Positions 50,852 through 64,000 of a DNA stretch of 64,000 nucleotides are shown here, in pieces; positions within the stretch are counted from its first letter, which is position 1, and each line of letters begins with the position of its first letter. Location: the NCBI GenBank assembly GCA_965644295.1, contig CBFFRP010000287.1, positions 1-64,000 of the forward strand, read 5' to 3'. Source of the DNA: Paraphysomonas bandaiensis. Its lineage: Eukaryota > Protista > Chrysophyceae. Below the pieces are notes generated by a model. It saw only the letters and a list, made by a program, of their open reading frames with translations. It searched no databases and was not told the origin of the DNA. The translations under genes and the position numbers were made by a program.

Positions 50852-53800
50852 ATGATTGGACGGACCCTCTTCCTTCTTCTCTTATGTAGAGTATGTTTAG
50901 TTGGATCAAGAAGAGTGTCTGGACAGTCTGTTGAATCATATTTTTTCTTACGTGATGCTAATGATGGGCAGTGCTTTGCGGGAAATGTGTTTCAAAGATG
51001 TTCGAATACATCTCTGTGGTTCATTTCCTCCTCTGGAAGTGATTCTTATAACTTTCATCTTAAGCAGAATGGGCGTTCTCAGTGTTTATCACGGTACTTG
51101 CTTGTTAGCAATCAGTATTACGAAAGGCTTATGATTCGCACAGCTCTCAAGCCACTGAAAATGACACACAGTTGATGTTTTCAGATTGTGATGTCGTAGC
51201 TAACTGGAATCTCCTTGGTGATCCTGAATCAGGTGAATCGACTGACAGTTTTTAGGCTAAACTAAGAAATATGTTTATTAGGATATTTTCTGACTGATGG
51301 AGAAGCTTGTATAAACAGACATGGTAACAGTGCAGTTCTGATAAACTGTGACGATGGACGTACAACTTTTTCGGTGCAATGTAAGTGTCTTCAGTGTATG
51401 ATTATCTGTCATGCGTTTGCTTCTTTCACTTGTGTCTAGACTTAACCATGGCATGATGTAATACCGTATTTGACTATTCAGTCATAACACTGGAAGATAT
51501 AAGAACTATGTCGAGTAAGAATGTCGAGCTTCTTCATGCCATCGCTTTTAGAAATGAGTCTGCTATTAGTTTCATATTATCCCAGAGCGAAGACTTATAT
51601 AAGACCGTGAATGCTCAAGACTGGGATGGCCAGACTCCTGTTATGGTCGCTGCAGGGTTGGGAGAGCTCTCTGTCGTTAAACAACTAGTGGATGCTGGTG
51701 CAGATTTGAATGCACGAGATAAAGAGGGCATTTCTGCACTTATGGAGGCTGCGGCCAATAATCATACAGGGGTAGTGGAGTACTTGTGTGGCATTGGTGC
51801 AGATGTAGATGCGACCTCAGTTTCAGGAGTCACTGCGTTATGGCTGGCATCTGCTGAGGGTCATGACGTGATTGTAAGTTTTCTTTTATCTGAGAATGCT
51901 GATACTGGCATTTCTAGACAAGATGGTATTACACCTCTCATGGTAGCAGCCTCTCAGGGATTAGCTAATACAGTGTCAGCTCTCGTGCAGTCTGGGTTGA
52001 ATGTCAATGACAAAGATAACGAGGGAGCATCGGCGTTGATTCATGCCGCCGAATATGGAGACTCTACAGTTGTTCGATTGCTGCTTTCACATGCAGCAGA
52101 TATAAATTATCTATCCGAGAATCAGTTCAGCCCTTTAATTGTCGCCAGTGCACATGGGCATATGGATGTGGTTCGTCTGTTAGTAGAGTATGGAGGCGAC
52201 GTCAATTTTCCCCACCCCGAAGGTGTCACTGCGTTAATGTATGCCTCAGCCAGCGGTCACCAGAAAATTGTATCGTACTTATTGGGGGAGAACGCAGATC
52301 CCAATGCGAAGCACAGTTTAGGAGGCACGGCTTTGATTGAAGCGGCTACAGGAGGTCACCTAGACGTTGTTGAAGAGTTAGTGAAGGCTGGAGCAGATAT
52401 CAATGTGGTGGATAGCGAAGGTGTAAATGCTCTAATGTCTGCATGTGCCAAGGGTCACTCTGAAGTGGCAAGGTTGGTATTTTTTGTGCATTCTTGCGTT
52501 GCCCAGTTATTTCCGTCTGTTGTAGATATATGTGAATGGGGTTATTTGTTGTTCTGATGTATTCGTCCTAGATATCTGCTGTCTCACGCGGTGGATCTTG
52601 ACTTAGCCTCACACTCTGGCGGCACAGCACTGATATATGCTGCCTCAAAGGGCTACACAGATATCGTAGCGGCCCTATTAAGTGCCGGAGCTGACATAAA
52701 TATTGCAATACATGCAACTGATTCATATCTAGAAAGTTTGGACGGCGAAAATAATGATGTAATAACCGAAGCAACTGGAAGTGCAATTGGTGAAGCAGAC
52801 ACAAAAGAAGTACTGGATGACCACAGAGAAGGTGCTACTGCCTTAATGGCAGCATGTGAGGGTGGACATATGGATACAGTTCGCCTATTGGTAGAGAGCG
52901 GAGCCAACGTTCATATTCCAGATGCCAGTCATATATCTCCCCTAGTGAATACTGTTCGTGCTAACTTCACAGAAATCACGCACTACTTGCTGCGCAACGG
53001 TGCAAACCCTAACGACCCGTTTATTGACAACGAGGTAAGTATTACTCTCTAGTAGTTATCGTGGTACATGCCGTATTCCAATACCAGGGATATAAAACAT
53101 GTGTATCCTACCTCATTCCATTTCCAAAGATACATGTATGAATATATTATCGACTACGGTGTAGTTATAAGAATATATGCTGATAATAAGGTTGATTATA
53201 TATATAATTATCACTACTTCTTTCGTGCACATATTAGGGAAGTGAGTATAATTTACTGCTGGAGGCTGTGTATGCTAAGGACTCTCGTCTTGCCCAGTTA
53301 CTTATAGAGTATGGAGCTCTGGTGAATGCCACTGATAACAACGGCACATCGGTGCTGGTGCATGCAAGTGCATTAGGTCTCGATGGTGTTGTGCGCGATT
53401 TATTAGGAAAGGACAATACGCTAATTATGTCCAATGAGGACAGAGTTACAGCACTTATTGTATCTGTGCAAAAGGGGTACGCAGAAGTTGTGAAAGTACT
53501 GCTGCGCAGTCACGGCGTGAGTGCCAATAGCCGTGATGATAGCCAGAGCACAGCGTTGATGGTGGCTGCAGCTGCAGGGTACCCAGTTATCGTAGAGATA
53601 CTTTTGCAATTCGGAGCGCAAGTAGATGCCCAGAATAGTGATGGACACACAGCTTTCATGTTTGCGACCCACGGCCAGGGGAGAGTAGAACATACTGCTT
53701 ACCTCGTACATCGCCACAGGAGAAGTGGGAAACAAGGTTTGTGGAAGGATGAATTAAGAGTGATTCAGGATCAGCGAGCAGCGTACGAGAGAATTATAAG

Positions 53801-54038
53801 TACTCTTAGAAAATATGGAGCAAATGAAAATATCAGGGTGAGTGATTATCTCTGTTTTTAATAACTGTATTATGGTGGGATATGGCCGTGCCAATCAGGC
53901 TGTGTTCAGTATTTTATCTCACTTAATTTTTGTGCATTTGATCAGGATTCGGAAGGACATATCGCAAGCGATTTCTCATTTTCTACTCCAAAGAAAAGTA
54001 AGCGTACTACACGTGATGAAACCCCTGCCGAATTATAG
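50852..54038 (+). CDS. Signal-peptide ankyrin-repeat protein with Cys-rich (ricin-B-like) N-terminus and KDEL-like C-terminus (PAEL), multi-exon
   Basis: Hydrophobic N-terminus MIGRTLFLLLLCRVCLVGS, and more than 14 G-x-T-A/P-L-x-x-A ankyrin repeats in ORFs 51508-52557, 52591-53052 and 53268-53861. The last exon 53946-54038 ends RDETPAEL*. Confidence 0.88.
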
Positions 54039-54381
54039 ATCTAGGTTTCATTGCTTAAATTATAAAGACTACTCTAAGCGAAAAATTATTTCGTTTATTT
54101 GATATTTACTGGCAACTACAGAGTTTGTATAATAATCATGTAGTCATAAGAGTATCTAGCGCTTAAGTATTTGTTACGTACATATATCGCGTACTGAGCA
54201 TTGATTGCAGTATCATTCAACATTTAACAATGCAGCACGTTATGCACATATATTGAAAGTCATATTATTAGCAATAGACGTTAAGAATCAGCACCAGTTC
54301 AGTAGCCAGAAGAAAACTAGTCAAGCTAGATAGACGTCTACCTGTAACTAAATAGTACAAACTCTATTATCCTACTAATGA

Positions 54382-54720
54382 ACGCTACGGAGGCTGCTTG
54401 TCCGTCGCCGCAAGCACCAAGGTGCAACCACCTCCATTCTATCGCTCAAAGCAAACGCCGTGAGCAAGCAGAATGTTGATATACCTGACATCTGCTGACT
54501 TCAGGATATTGAGTCCTTAAGAAGATGAACATCCCGGATGCTTGAATCAGGAGACAGCCCAATACCCCGGTAACCTTCAGGTGGGCCCTGTCCCGGACGC
54601 CTGTTTATTCGTCAGGGCCCAAAGACGTCTACACAAGTGACACTTATTGGTGTCCTTTGTACCACACAAGCATTCAGCTATGAGTGGGCAGAAGAATATC
54701 TGCTGTCTATGTTTGCGGCG
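54382..54720 (+). repeat. Dispersed ~430-bp repeat family, 5' three-quarters
   Basis: CCGCAAGCACCA...GAGCAAGCAGAATGTT...CTGCTGACTTCAGGATATTGAGTCCTTAAG...GAGTGGGCAGAA is collinear with 33886-34210. Confidence 0.9.
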
Positions 54721-55580
54721 TATATATTGACTATTGGTCATTTTCACAAGTAAGATCGTTACGATAACTTTATTGTAATCCAACTACAGTAGATAGACTA
54801 TTTTACTAAATTGCATATACAATGGGCAATGGGGTATATTACTCAACCAAGTCAAATTGATTGAATTACCTAGTCACACTATACACTATTATTGGCGGAA
54901 TAACCTAGTCAAAATAATAAATAATTCAACCTAGTCAATTTTGGTATTCAACCTAGTTGTTCTAATATCCATTGATTACACACTGTGACTATCTAAGATA
55001 CCATCTCAAGTATCAAAACAAACTTTCAAACATAACAATAAACTCATATATATTCTACATTCTACAGTATAATCCAACAGTATATTTTATTTCCCACCAT
55101 TCCTGATATTGTCAGGCCAAGCCTTTCATCAGATCCCGTAGGGGAGATACAATATTTCCTATACACCTGCCCTTTCTCCTGAATTAATCCCCCCGATTAG
55201 CTAACCTACGACAATATGAATTAATTTCGTGGAGATTTTATCACATTGCTTGAAAGACTAGTGGAAAAGAGAATATAATGATTAGGGGGAAATCGTACGT
55301 GATAAACACATCAACATTATGTCAAAAAAGAAAAATTTCAGCCCACAGCTCAACACAATTCCCAACACGCAAAAGGGCGTAAAAGAAAGTGAATTAGAAT
55401 CGACAAGATAAATTCTGATTACAAAAATTTCTTCAATTCAGTTATTGACTTCAATGATACTTAACAGATTATGATACTTAACAGATTATTGCTTGTACAC
55501 AAAATTCCTTAAAAACATATTAGGTTTGATCATAGGTTATAAACCACCAATCATACAGCACACTTTTGAGTAGGTAGAAA

Positions 55581-57043
55581 TTATATCCGCAATCGTTTGT
55601 GTGGCATTCGATTCCCCGTGATATCAGCAAAAGAGTGCACAGTACTTCCAACTGAACCGCTTGAATCTCGACTGCGTTTAAATTCTAAGGCGGCGGCAGT
55701 TGTGTCTTCGGTGGTATATATATTGGATGGTTCTGAATTTTCTTTTGCTGCCTGATCCTCATTGGCGTGTAATTGTTGTGCTAGAAGCCGCTTTGCTCCT
55801 ATAGTAGTTCGCAAAGTACGATTACGCTTCACAGGTAACACAGTAATAACTTTTTCCATCAGCCATACAGAGGCTTTTCTTTTTCCACCCTTTCCCACTT
55901 CCCATATCCCTGTGTGGCTGGTCCCGTCAGAGTAAGTCATCGTACCGTGTCCATGCTTCTCTCCCATCTCCCACTCCCCTTCGTATTTCTTCTTATCCCC
56001 CTGCGCATACGTCATTACTCCCTTGCCATGTCTCCGTCCTGCTTTCCATGCGCCGACATACACCCTCCCACTTCCGTATGTCATTATTCCCAGTCCATCT
56101 TTTTCGCCATTTGACCACGTGCCGGAGTACTTATCACCATTAATGTATGTCATGCTGCCTTGACCTTCACGAACACCATTCACCCAAGTTCCGTCATATT
56201 CACTTCCATCAATGTAAGTGTACACACCATAGCCTTCTATACGCCCCTGCTCCCATTGGCCCTCATACTTTGACCCATTTGTGAAACAGTAAACCCCTTT
56301 TCCATGCTTGAGACCTCCCATCCATGAACCGCAGTAGGTACCGTTCGACTCGACCATATGACCTTCACATTGAATTTTTCCTTGCACCCAGGCACCGTCG
56401 TAAATAGCCCCGGTAATATATATCATTTTTCCGGTTCCATGCTGTAGATTATTTTTCCAGCAACCCGTGTATATATCTCCATTGCGGTAACTCATAGTAC
56501 CTTTACCGTGAGCAATATCGTCTTTCCAGGCTCCATGGAATACATCGCCAGTGGTATAGGTCATTCGACCCTCGCCCCACCTTTTCCCCCCTTTCCACTC
56601 CCCTTCATAGGCTCCGCCCATATTGTATTTCATTCTACCTTCTCCACATGGACAGTCACGCTCCCAACTACCTTCGTAGAAGTCACCGTTGCAGTACTGC
56701 ATGCGCCCCTGACCATGTCGATATCCTTCGCGCCATTGACCGGAATATAAACCCCCATCGGCATACGAAAGCTGACCTAGACCACTTTTCTCATCCCTCA
56801 GCCATTGTCCTTCATATACACTGCCGTCGCTGTATGTCATTTTACCAGGGCCATGCTTTCTTCCTGCTTTGGTCACACCTATATATTCCACATCAATGCA
56901 ACTTCCACCACTGTCAACACATGATAATGAACGAGTCATTAAAACGTCATTATGAAGCGCATTATCAGGGTTGCTACATTTGGAACACACTATTGCATTT
57001 TTAGTTTGGGTGATCAAGCAGCATTCGTCGCAGGTTACGTGTC
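55581..57043 (-). CDS. MORN-repeat protein (~15 repeats) with N-terminal Cys/His zinc-finger-like segment; upstream exons unresolved (to ~57600)
   Basis: Repeats of YxGxWxxGxxHGxGxMxYxxG. The exon opens at AG|GACAC giving GHVTCDECC...CSKC. Basic C-terminus KRLRI. Confidence 0.9.
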
Positions 57044-57691
57044 CTACAATGTGGACGATTAGTATAGTATTATATTTGACGTTAAGTTAACTTACCACAC
57101 TGAAACGCATCGTTTGACGTCATATTATTACATTGACAGCACTGTACAATGGAGTTGGTACCATCTAATATGCTTCCACTGACATTCTCTTTCGATCTTT
57201 TGAGACTCTTTCTTATAGATTTGGCGATACTTTTTCTTAGACCACTCATGAGCACCTAAAATATAGTTGCAAGTTGTGGGCTCTACCAGAATGCTTCTTG
57301 TAGCTGTCAAACTGTCAGCAGTTGGTTCATTCTTTTACAGAACTAACAAACGGTCACTACGCTATACAGTGTGTATCCAGATATTTTACGGGAAACACAA
57401 CCTCTTTATAACGGATGTCTATCCGGTTACAGATATCACACTGGCTGTATCTTCAACAGAGGGTTGAAAGAAAAATGCAAAGTACGAATAAGAGGAAAGG
57501 AATGCTGCGTGTTCATACTCATGCTTGTGTTGAGTACATGAATAGGCATAGAGGTGGACATCAGATGTAAAAGAATGAGCCAAAGGCAGGTATTGAATAC
57601 CTGTGCATCCCTGTAAAATATATTCCATACCGTCCGTTCATTCGCTAATATGAAATTGGGTACTGGTGTAAACACTGTTGTCCAGAGTTGT

Positions 57692-60600
57692 ATGATTATC
57701 CTAAATGTATTACTTCTAATGACAATTGCCACCGCTCTGGAGCCACAGGCATGCTCTGTACATGTTCTTTCATCTCAAGGAGCGAGAGGTAAGCACATGT
57801 GTCGCAGTGGCACTTTTATTAAATATACCACACGATAGGAGGACTTGCCACTGTGCAGTGGATCTGGACCACAATAAGTGGAAATGAATCTACTCAAGTG
57901 TACTTCACATTGCGAGATGTGACTACCAGTCAATATATTGAGTCTATTATAGTGCCGAATTCAGGACTTTACACATTCCTACTTTCCAGTGAACTCGACA
58001 CAGAACACACATATCAGACCTATGTGGAATCTGCAGATGAAGGAGCACGAACAACTATATGTTGGGCTTATGGAAACTTTGATGTAGGACCTAAAGAATG
58101 TGATGGGGGTGTTGTAGACACTATTGCTGGGTCTGAGACGGGTACGGAGTTTGGCACTGTGGATGGTATTGGTCTAGATGCTCGATTTACAACTGTGATT
58201 GCAGTGGATATATCTCCCGATGATAGTTTTGCTTTGGTTGCATCCCTCGGGAACAGAAAAATATACTTTATGGACTTGAATACGTTGTTGGTAGAGGTTG
58301 TCGTATCTGTCCCAACGAATAATTATCCTCGTGGGGTGGCAATATCTTCTGACTTATCTTTTGCTGTCTTTACTGCTGCTAGTGGGTATTCCGGAAAGGT
58401 TTATATTATCACAGACCTTTTCACTTGGGCCTTTTCTGAACTATCAGGGAGCCCTGTGTTTGGAGTTCCCACTGGCATTGCATTAAGTGCTGATAACACG
58501 TATGCGGTAGTATCAGAATACTGGGACGATATTGTGAGCAAGGTGGTAATAGCTACTGGTGTAAAAACGACCATAGCTAGCGTACGTCGACCATGGGGGT
58601 TGGATTTTTCCCCAAGCGGTATATTGTTAGTTGCTCGTCCAACGGTGCCCTCTGTAGTTGTAGTGGACGTGTCATCAGGGAGTGTATCATCTGTTACTGA
58701 TTCGTATAATGGGACACTGAAGCAGCCGATGGGTGTCGCCATATCGGAAGATGAGTCGTACTTCCTGTTTACGGATCAGCTGGATAATAAATTGTTTAAG
58801 GTAGATATAGCCACATGGTCGGTGGTAGAATATGCAGGATCAGGCGTAAGCTCAACTGTGGATGGTGTGGGTAGTGATGCCTCATTCAAGGCTCCACATG
58901 ATGTGGCCATCCGAGGCGCGTTGGATTATTCTCTGGTTGTGGACTATTCGGGATATAATGTGCGTAAGGTATTGTTGCAATGTGAGAGTATTCCCAGCGG
59001 TGCACCTACAATATCTCCCTCATCGTCATTTCCTACTTGTTCTCCGTCGACACCTGCTCCCAGTTTGGCTCCATCGTCTCCTGCAAATGAATGTGATGGG
59101 GGTGTTGTAGACACTATTGCTGGGTCTGAGACGGGTACGGAGTTTGGCACTGTGGATGGTATTGGTCTAGATGCTCGATTTACAACTGTGATTGCAGTGG
59201 ATATATCTCCCGATGATAGTTTTGCTTTGGTTGCATCCCTCGGGAACAGAAAAATATACTTTATGGACTTGAATACGTTGTTGGTAGAGGTTGTCGTATC
59301 TGTCCCAACGAATAATTATCCTCGTGGGGTGGCAATATCTTCTGACTTATCTTTTGCTGTCTTTACTGCTGCTAGTGGGTATTCCGGAAAGGTTTATATT
59401 ATCACAGACCTTTTCACTTGGGCCTTTTCTGAACTATCAGGGAGCCCTGTGTTTGGAGTTCCCACTGGCATTGCATTAAGTGCTGATAACACGTATGCGG
59501 TAGTATCAGAATACTGGGACGATATTGTGAGCAAGGTGGTAATAGCTACTGGTGTAAAAACGACCATAGCTAGCGTACGTCGACCATGGGGGTTGGATTT
59601 TTCCCCAAGCGGTATATTGTTAGTTGCTCGTCCAACGGTGCCCTCTGTAGTTGTAGTGGACGTGTCATCAGGGAGTGTATCATCTGTTACTGATTCGTAT
59701 AATGGGACACTGAAGCAGCCGATGGGTGTCGCCATATCGGAAGATGAGTCGTACTTCCTGTTTACGGATCAGCTGGATAATAAATTGTTTAAGGTAGATA
59801 TAGCCATATGGTCGGTGGTAGAATATGCAGGATCAGGCGTAAGCTCAACTGTGGATGGTGTGGGTAGTGATGCCTCATTCAAGGCTCCACATGATGTGGC
59901 CATCCGAGGCGCGTTGGATTATTCTCTGGTTGTGGACTATTCGGGATATAATGTGCGTAAGGTATTGTTGCAATGTGAGAGTATTCCCAGCGGTGCACCT
60001 ACAATATCTCCCTCATCGTCATTTCCTACTTGTTCTCCGTCGACACCTGCTCCCAGTTTGGCTCCATCGTCTCCTGCAAATGAATGTGATGGGGGTGTTG
60101 TAGACACTATTGCTGGGTCTGAGACGGGTACGGAGTTTGGCACTGTGGATGGTATTGGTCTAGATGCTCGATTTACAACTGTGATTGCAGTGGATATATC
60201 TCCCGATGATAGTTTTGCTTTGGTTGCATCCCTCGGGAACAGAAAAATATACTTTATGGACTTGAATACGTTGTTGGTAGAGGTTGTCGTATCTGTCCCA
60301 ACGAATAATTATCCTCGTGGGGTGGCAATATCTTCTGACTTATCTTTTGCTGTCTTTACTGCTGCTAGTGGGTATTCCGGAAAGGTTTATATTATCACAG
60401 ACCTTTTCACTTGGGCCTTTTCTGAACTATCAGGGAGCCCTGTGTTTGGAGTTCCCACTGGCATTGCATTAAGTGCTGATAACACGTATGCGGTAGTATC
60501 AGAATACTGGGACGATATTGTGAGCAAGGTGGTAATAGCTACTGGTGTAAAAACGACCATAGCTAGTGTACGTCGACCATGGGGGTTGGATTTTTCCCCA

Positions 60601-63456
60601 AGCGGTATATTGTTAGTTGCTCGTCCAACGGTGCCCTCTGTAGTTGTAGTGGACGTGTCATCAGGGAGTGTATCATCTGTTACTGATTCGTATAATGGGA
60701 CACTGAAGCAGCCGATGGGTGTCGCCATATCGGAAGATGAGTCGTACTTCCTGTTTACGGATCAGCTGGATAATACATTGTTTAAGGTAGATATAGCCAC
60801 ATGGTCGGTGGTAGAATATGCAGGATCAGGCGTAAGCTCAACTGTGGATGGTGTGGGTAGTGATGCCTCATTCAAGGCTCCACATGATGTGGCCATCCGA
60901 GGCGCGTTGGATTATTCTCTGGTTGTGGACTATTCGGGATATAATGTGCGTAAGGTATTGTTGCAATGTGAGAGTATTCCCAGCGGTGCACCTACAATAT
61001 CTCCCTCATCGTCATTTCCTACTTGTTCTCCGTCGACACCTGCTCCCAGTTTGGCTCCATCGTCTCCTGCAAATGAATGTGATGGGGGTGTTGTAGACAC
61101 TATTGCTGGGTCTGAGACGGGTACGGAGTTTGGCACTGTGGATGGTATTGGTCTAGATGCTCGATTTACAACTGTGATTGCAGTGGATATATCTCCCGAT
61201 GATAGTTTTGCTTTGGTTGCATCCCTCGGGAACAGAAAAATATACTTTATGGACTTGAATACGTTGTTGGTAGAGGTTGTCGTATCTGTCCCAACGAATA
61301 ATTATCCTCGTGGGGTGGCAATATCTTCTGACTTATCTTTTGCTGTCTTTACTGCTGCTAGTGGGTATTCCGGAAAGGTTTATATTATCACAGACCTTTT
61401 CACTTGGGCCTTTTCTGAACTATCAGGGAGCCCTGTGTTTGGAGTTCCCACTGGCATTGCATTAAGTGCTGATAACACGTATGCGGTAGTATCAGAATAC
61501 TGGGACGATATTGTGAGCAAGGTGGTAATAGCTACTGGTGTAAAAACGACCATAGCTAGTGTACGTCGACCATGGGGGTTGGATTTTTCCCCAAGCGGTA
61601 TATTGTTAGTTGCTCGTCCAACGGTGCCCTCTGTAGTTGTAGTGGACGTGTCATCAGGGAGTGTATCATCTGTTACTGATTCGTATAATGGGACACTGAA
61701 GCAGCCGATGGGTGTCGCCATATCGGAAGATGAGTCGTACTTCCTGTTTACGGATCAGCTGGATAATACATTGTTTAAGGTAGATATAGCCACATGGTCG
61801 GTGGTAGAATATGCAGGATCAGGCGTAAGCTCAACTGTGGATGGTGTGGGTAGTGATGCCTCATTCAAGGCTCCACATGATGTGGCCATCCGAGGCGCGT
61901 TGGATTATTCTCTGGTTGTGGACTATTCGGGATATAATGTGCGTAAGGTATTGTTGCAATGTGAGAGTATTCCCAGCGGTGCACCTACAATATCTCCCTC
62001 ATCGTCATTTCCTACTTGTTACCCTTCTGTATCGGAAACTGTTGTATGCCTTCCAGGCGATCGTGAGTACTGTAATAATCGGGGATTTTGTTCTCCAACC
62101 GGTGAAGAATGTGTTTGTGACGATTTTTTGCATTATTGGCCCTCTGAAAGATGTGCTACATGGCATGATGGTCGTGAGCTTGAGGACGGTTGGTTTTGCT
62201 ACCCGAATACTGTGGATCAGTACTGTAGTTGGATGGGAGTATGTGATTCATCTGGATTGGAGTGCTTATGTTTTGATTATCAGCATCGGTCCACTGTGGA
62301 TCGCTGTTTGACTTGGTTTCCGGCACCTACTCCTTCTCCAGCTGTAGCTTCTACTGAGCCGACTGTTGACATAACTTGTGTTCCAGGAGATCGTAAGTAC
62401 TGTAATAATCGGGGATTTTGCTCTCCAACCGGTGAAGATTGTGTTTGTGACGATTTTTTGCATTATTGGCCCTCTGAAAGATGTGCTACATGGCATGATG
62501 GTCGTGAGCTTGAGGACGGTTGGTTTTGCTACCCGAATACTGTGGATCAGTACTGTAGTTGGATGGGAGTATGTGATTCATCTGGATTGGAGTGTATATG
62601 TCAGGATTCTGAACATAGATCATCTACAGATCGTTGTTCGACGTGGTCCCCTGTGCCAACACCACGTTCCGTAGCTACTCCTCATTCCTGTACACCAGAC
62701 TCACGGTCTGATTGTAATAATCGAGGGAGGTGTCATTCTGATGGAAAATCATGCGTGTGTGATGACCCTTTGCATTACTGGCCCTCGGAAATGTGTTCTA
62801 CCTATCATCATGGATCTCAACTCGAAGAATCCCAGTGTTGTACTCCGAATTCAATCGACTATTACTGTGCATGGATGGGAGTATGTGATTCCACTGGATC
62901 AAAATGTATATGCAATGATCCAGATCACAGAATTGCTTCAGAGCGTTGTCAGTATTATCATGATATTGTACCGTACTCTCCTGCGCCTTCCAGTACCTTT
63001 TCATGTCCAGAACTTATGTCTATAGGTGAACATGACTCATTTGGAAACAAGCCAAGAAGATTCTTCAACTCTGATAATTCTGTGTATTGGCTCATTTCTC
63101 TTATCGCCGTCATCACAGTACTTGCCGTTGTTGTTGCCTGGGTTCTAGTATCATCCAGGCATGCTAAAAATGTAGAAGGCACTTCTCACCAATTTCCAGA
63201 GCGGAACTCATTTCAAGTTATCTCTCCTTATTACGGCAATACGAATTTGGGAGCTGATAATGTTCCATCAGATGCACGTGCTGAAGTTGAGCTACGATCG
63301 AACTCGTTTGCAAGATTGCGATCCACTATTGGCCGGAAATCTCTACAGCCGTTCAATCGATCTTCAGTGTATGAGGAATTCGAGGATACCCAAGATAATG
63401 ACATTACGGATAAATCTTCTGTTGCCGTAGTGCAAAATGATTATGCCAGAGTGTGA
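57692..63456 (+). CDS. Giant type I membrane protein (~1900 aa): signal peptide, Ig-like N-domain, four NHL-type beta-propellers, six EGF-like Cys modules, TM, cytoplasmic tail
   Basis: Exon 1 MIILNVLLLMTIATA..., intron 57789-57838 (GT-AG), then a 1867-aa ORF. DGIGLDARF/DGVGSDASFKAPHDVAI and PxGVAIS NHL motifs, PTxSP linkers, CNNRGxC...CVCDD modules, TM WLISLIAVITVLAVVVAWVLV. Confidence 0.92.
58096..62020 (+). repeat. Four in-frame tandem 993-bp (331-codon) repeats
   Basis: Units start at 58096, 59089, 60082 and 61075. Only three variable sites were seen. Confidence 0.97.
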
Positions 63457-63846
63457 TCGCTGTTTGTGGTTCATGTAATCTGTTTGATGCGACATTTTAT
63501 GGTATAAATGCTAATACATTCGTGTTTTGAAATGGCACTCCTACTTCACATCGATTGCATTCAATGCAGTTGTAAAAATTGTAGTAGATAAATTATTAGT
63601 CTTGTAGGAATATCTTTAAGCAATGATTATTATTATCATGATGTGATAGTTTTCTGCTTAAAGTAATACTTTAGGATTGATTATATTCATGCTTACACTG
63701 CAACCACATTCCAGGACATGTTTTCTACGAAGTACGTCAATATCATAAATCTGCTACGCGACTGTGAAGATTGCCATCAATAGTTCTTCTGCCGTACTCA
63801 TGTAATAATCAGACTTTCATATATAGTTCTTCTAGAATTATACTTT

Positions 63847-63928
63847 AAGTACCGGATAGATTTCTTCGGAAAACTAACGTGAGCCGCAAACACAAAGAAC
63901 GTTCTTCCCAATCATAGCCAAATGCTTG
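63847..63928 (-). repeat. Dispersed ~430-bp repeat family, partial inverted copy
   Basis: AAGTACCGGATAGATTTCTTCGGAAAACTAACGTGAGCCGCA...AAATGCTT is the reverse complement of ~34157-34245 with indels. Confidence 0.8.
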
Positions 63929-64000
63929 TAATTGCAATTAAATTGCATGAATTTTACGTAACAATTGAAATTTAATTGCTCGCTGGAAGTTTGCAAAGAA

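Noticed and set aside
58298-62311. Repeated alternative-frame and antisense ORFs inside the giant receptor
   Set aside because: They are shadows of the 993-bp coding repeats.

Overview
Eukaryotic, intron-rich, gene-dense DNA. The gene content and the P-T/S-x-x-P linkers suggest a stramenopile protist (inference only). Eleven host genes are present, ten of them in head-to-head pairs: GlnRS/COMT-like methyltransferase, phytochelatin synthase/double cyclophilin, SET-MYND/secreted ADC-like protein, SSNA1-like coiled coil/signal-peptide ankyrin protein, and MORN protein/giant NHL-propeller-EGF receptor. The eleventh is a GT60 GlcNAc transferase. A ~290-bp satellite (over 7.6 kb, running off the window) lies in a GlnRS intron. 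Mobile DNA comprises two recent but internally defective Copia elements, a chromodomain Gypsy element nested in one of them, a non-autonomous hAT element, a probable Crypton relic and an unclassified ~430-bp dispersed repeat at five loci. The most unusual signals are: (1) a Copia copy whose target-site duplication encloses two copies of the same LTR end in inverted orientation; (2) recurrent +2 dinucleotide duplications that frameshift three different LTR elements; (3) the dispersed repeat sitting ~350-390 bp after host stop codons; (4) an escaped satellite monomer at an inversion breakpoint that splits one of those repeats. All calls come from manual reading, with no database searches.
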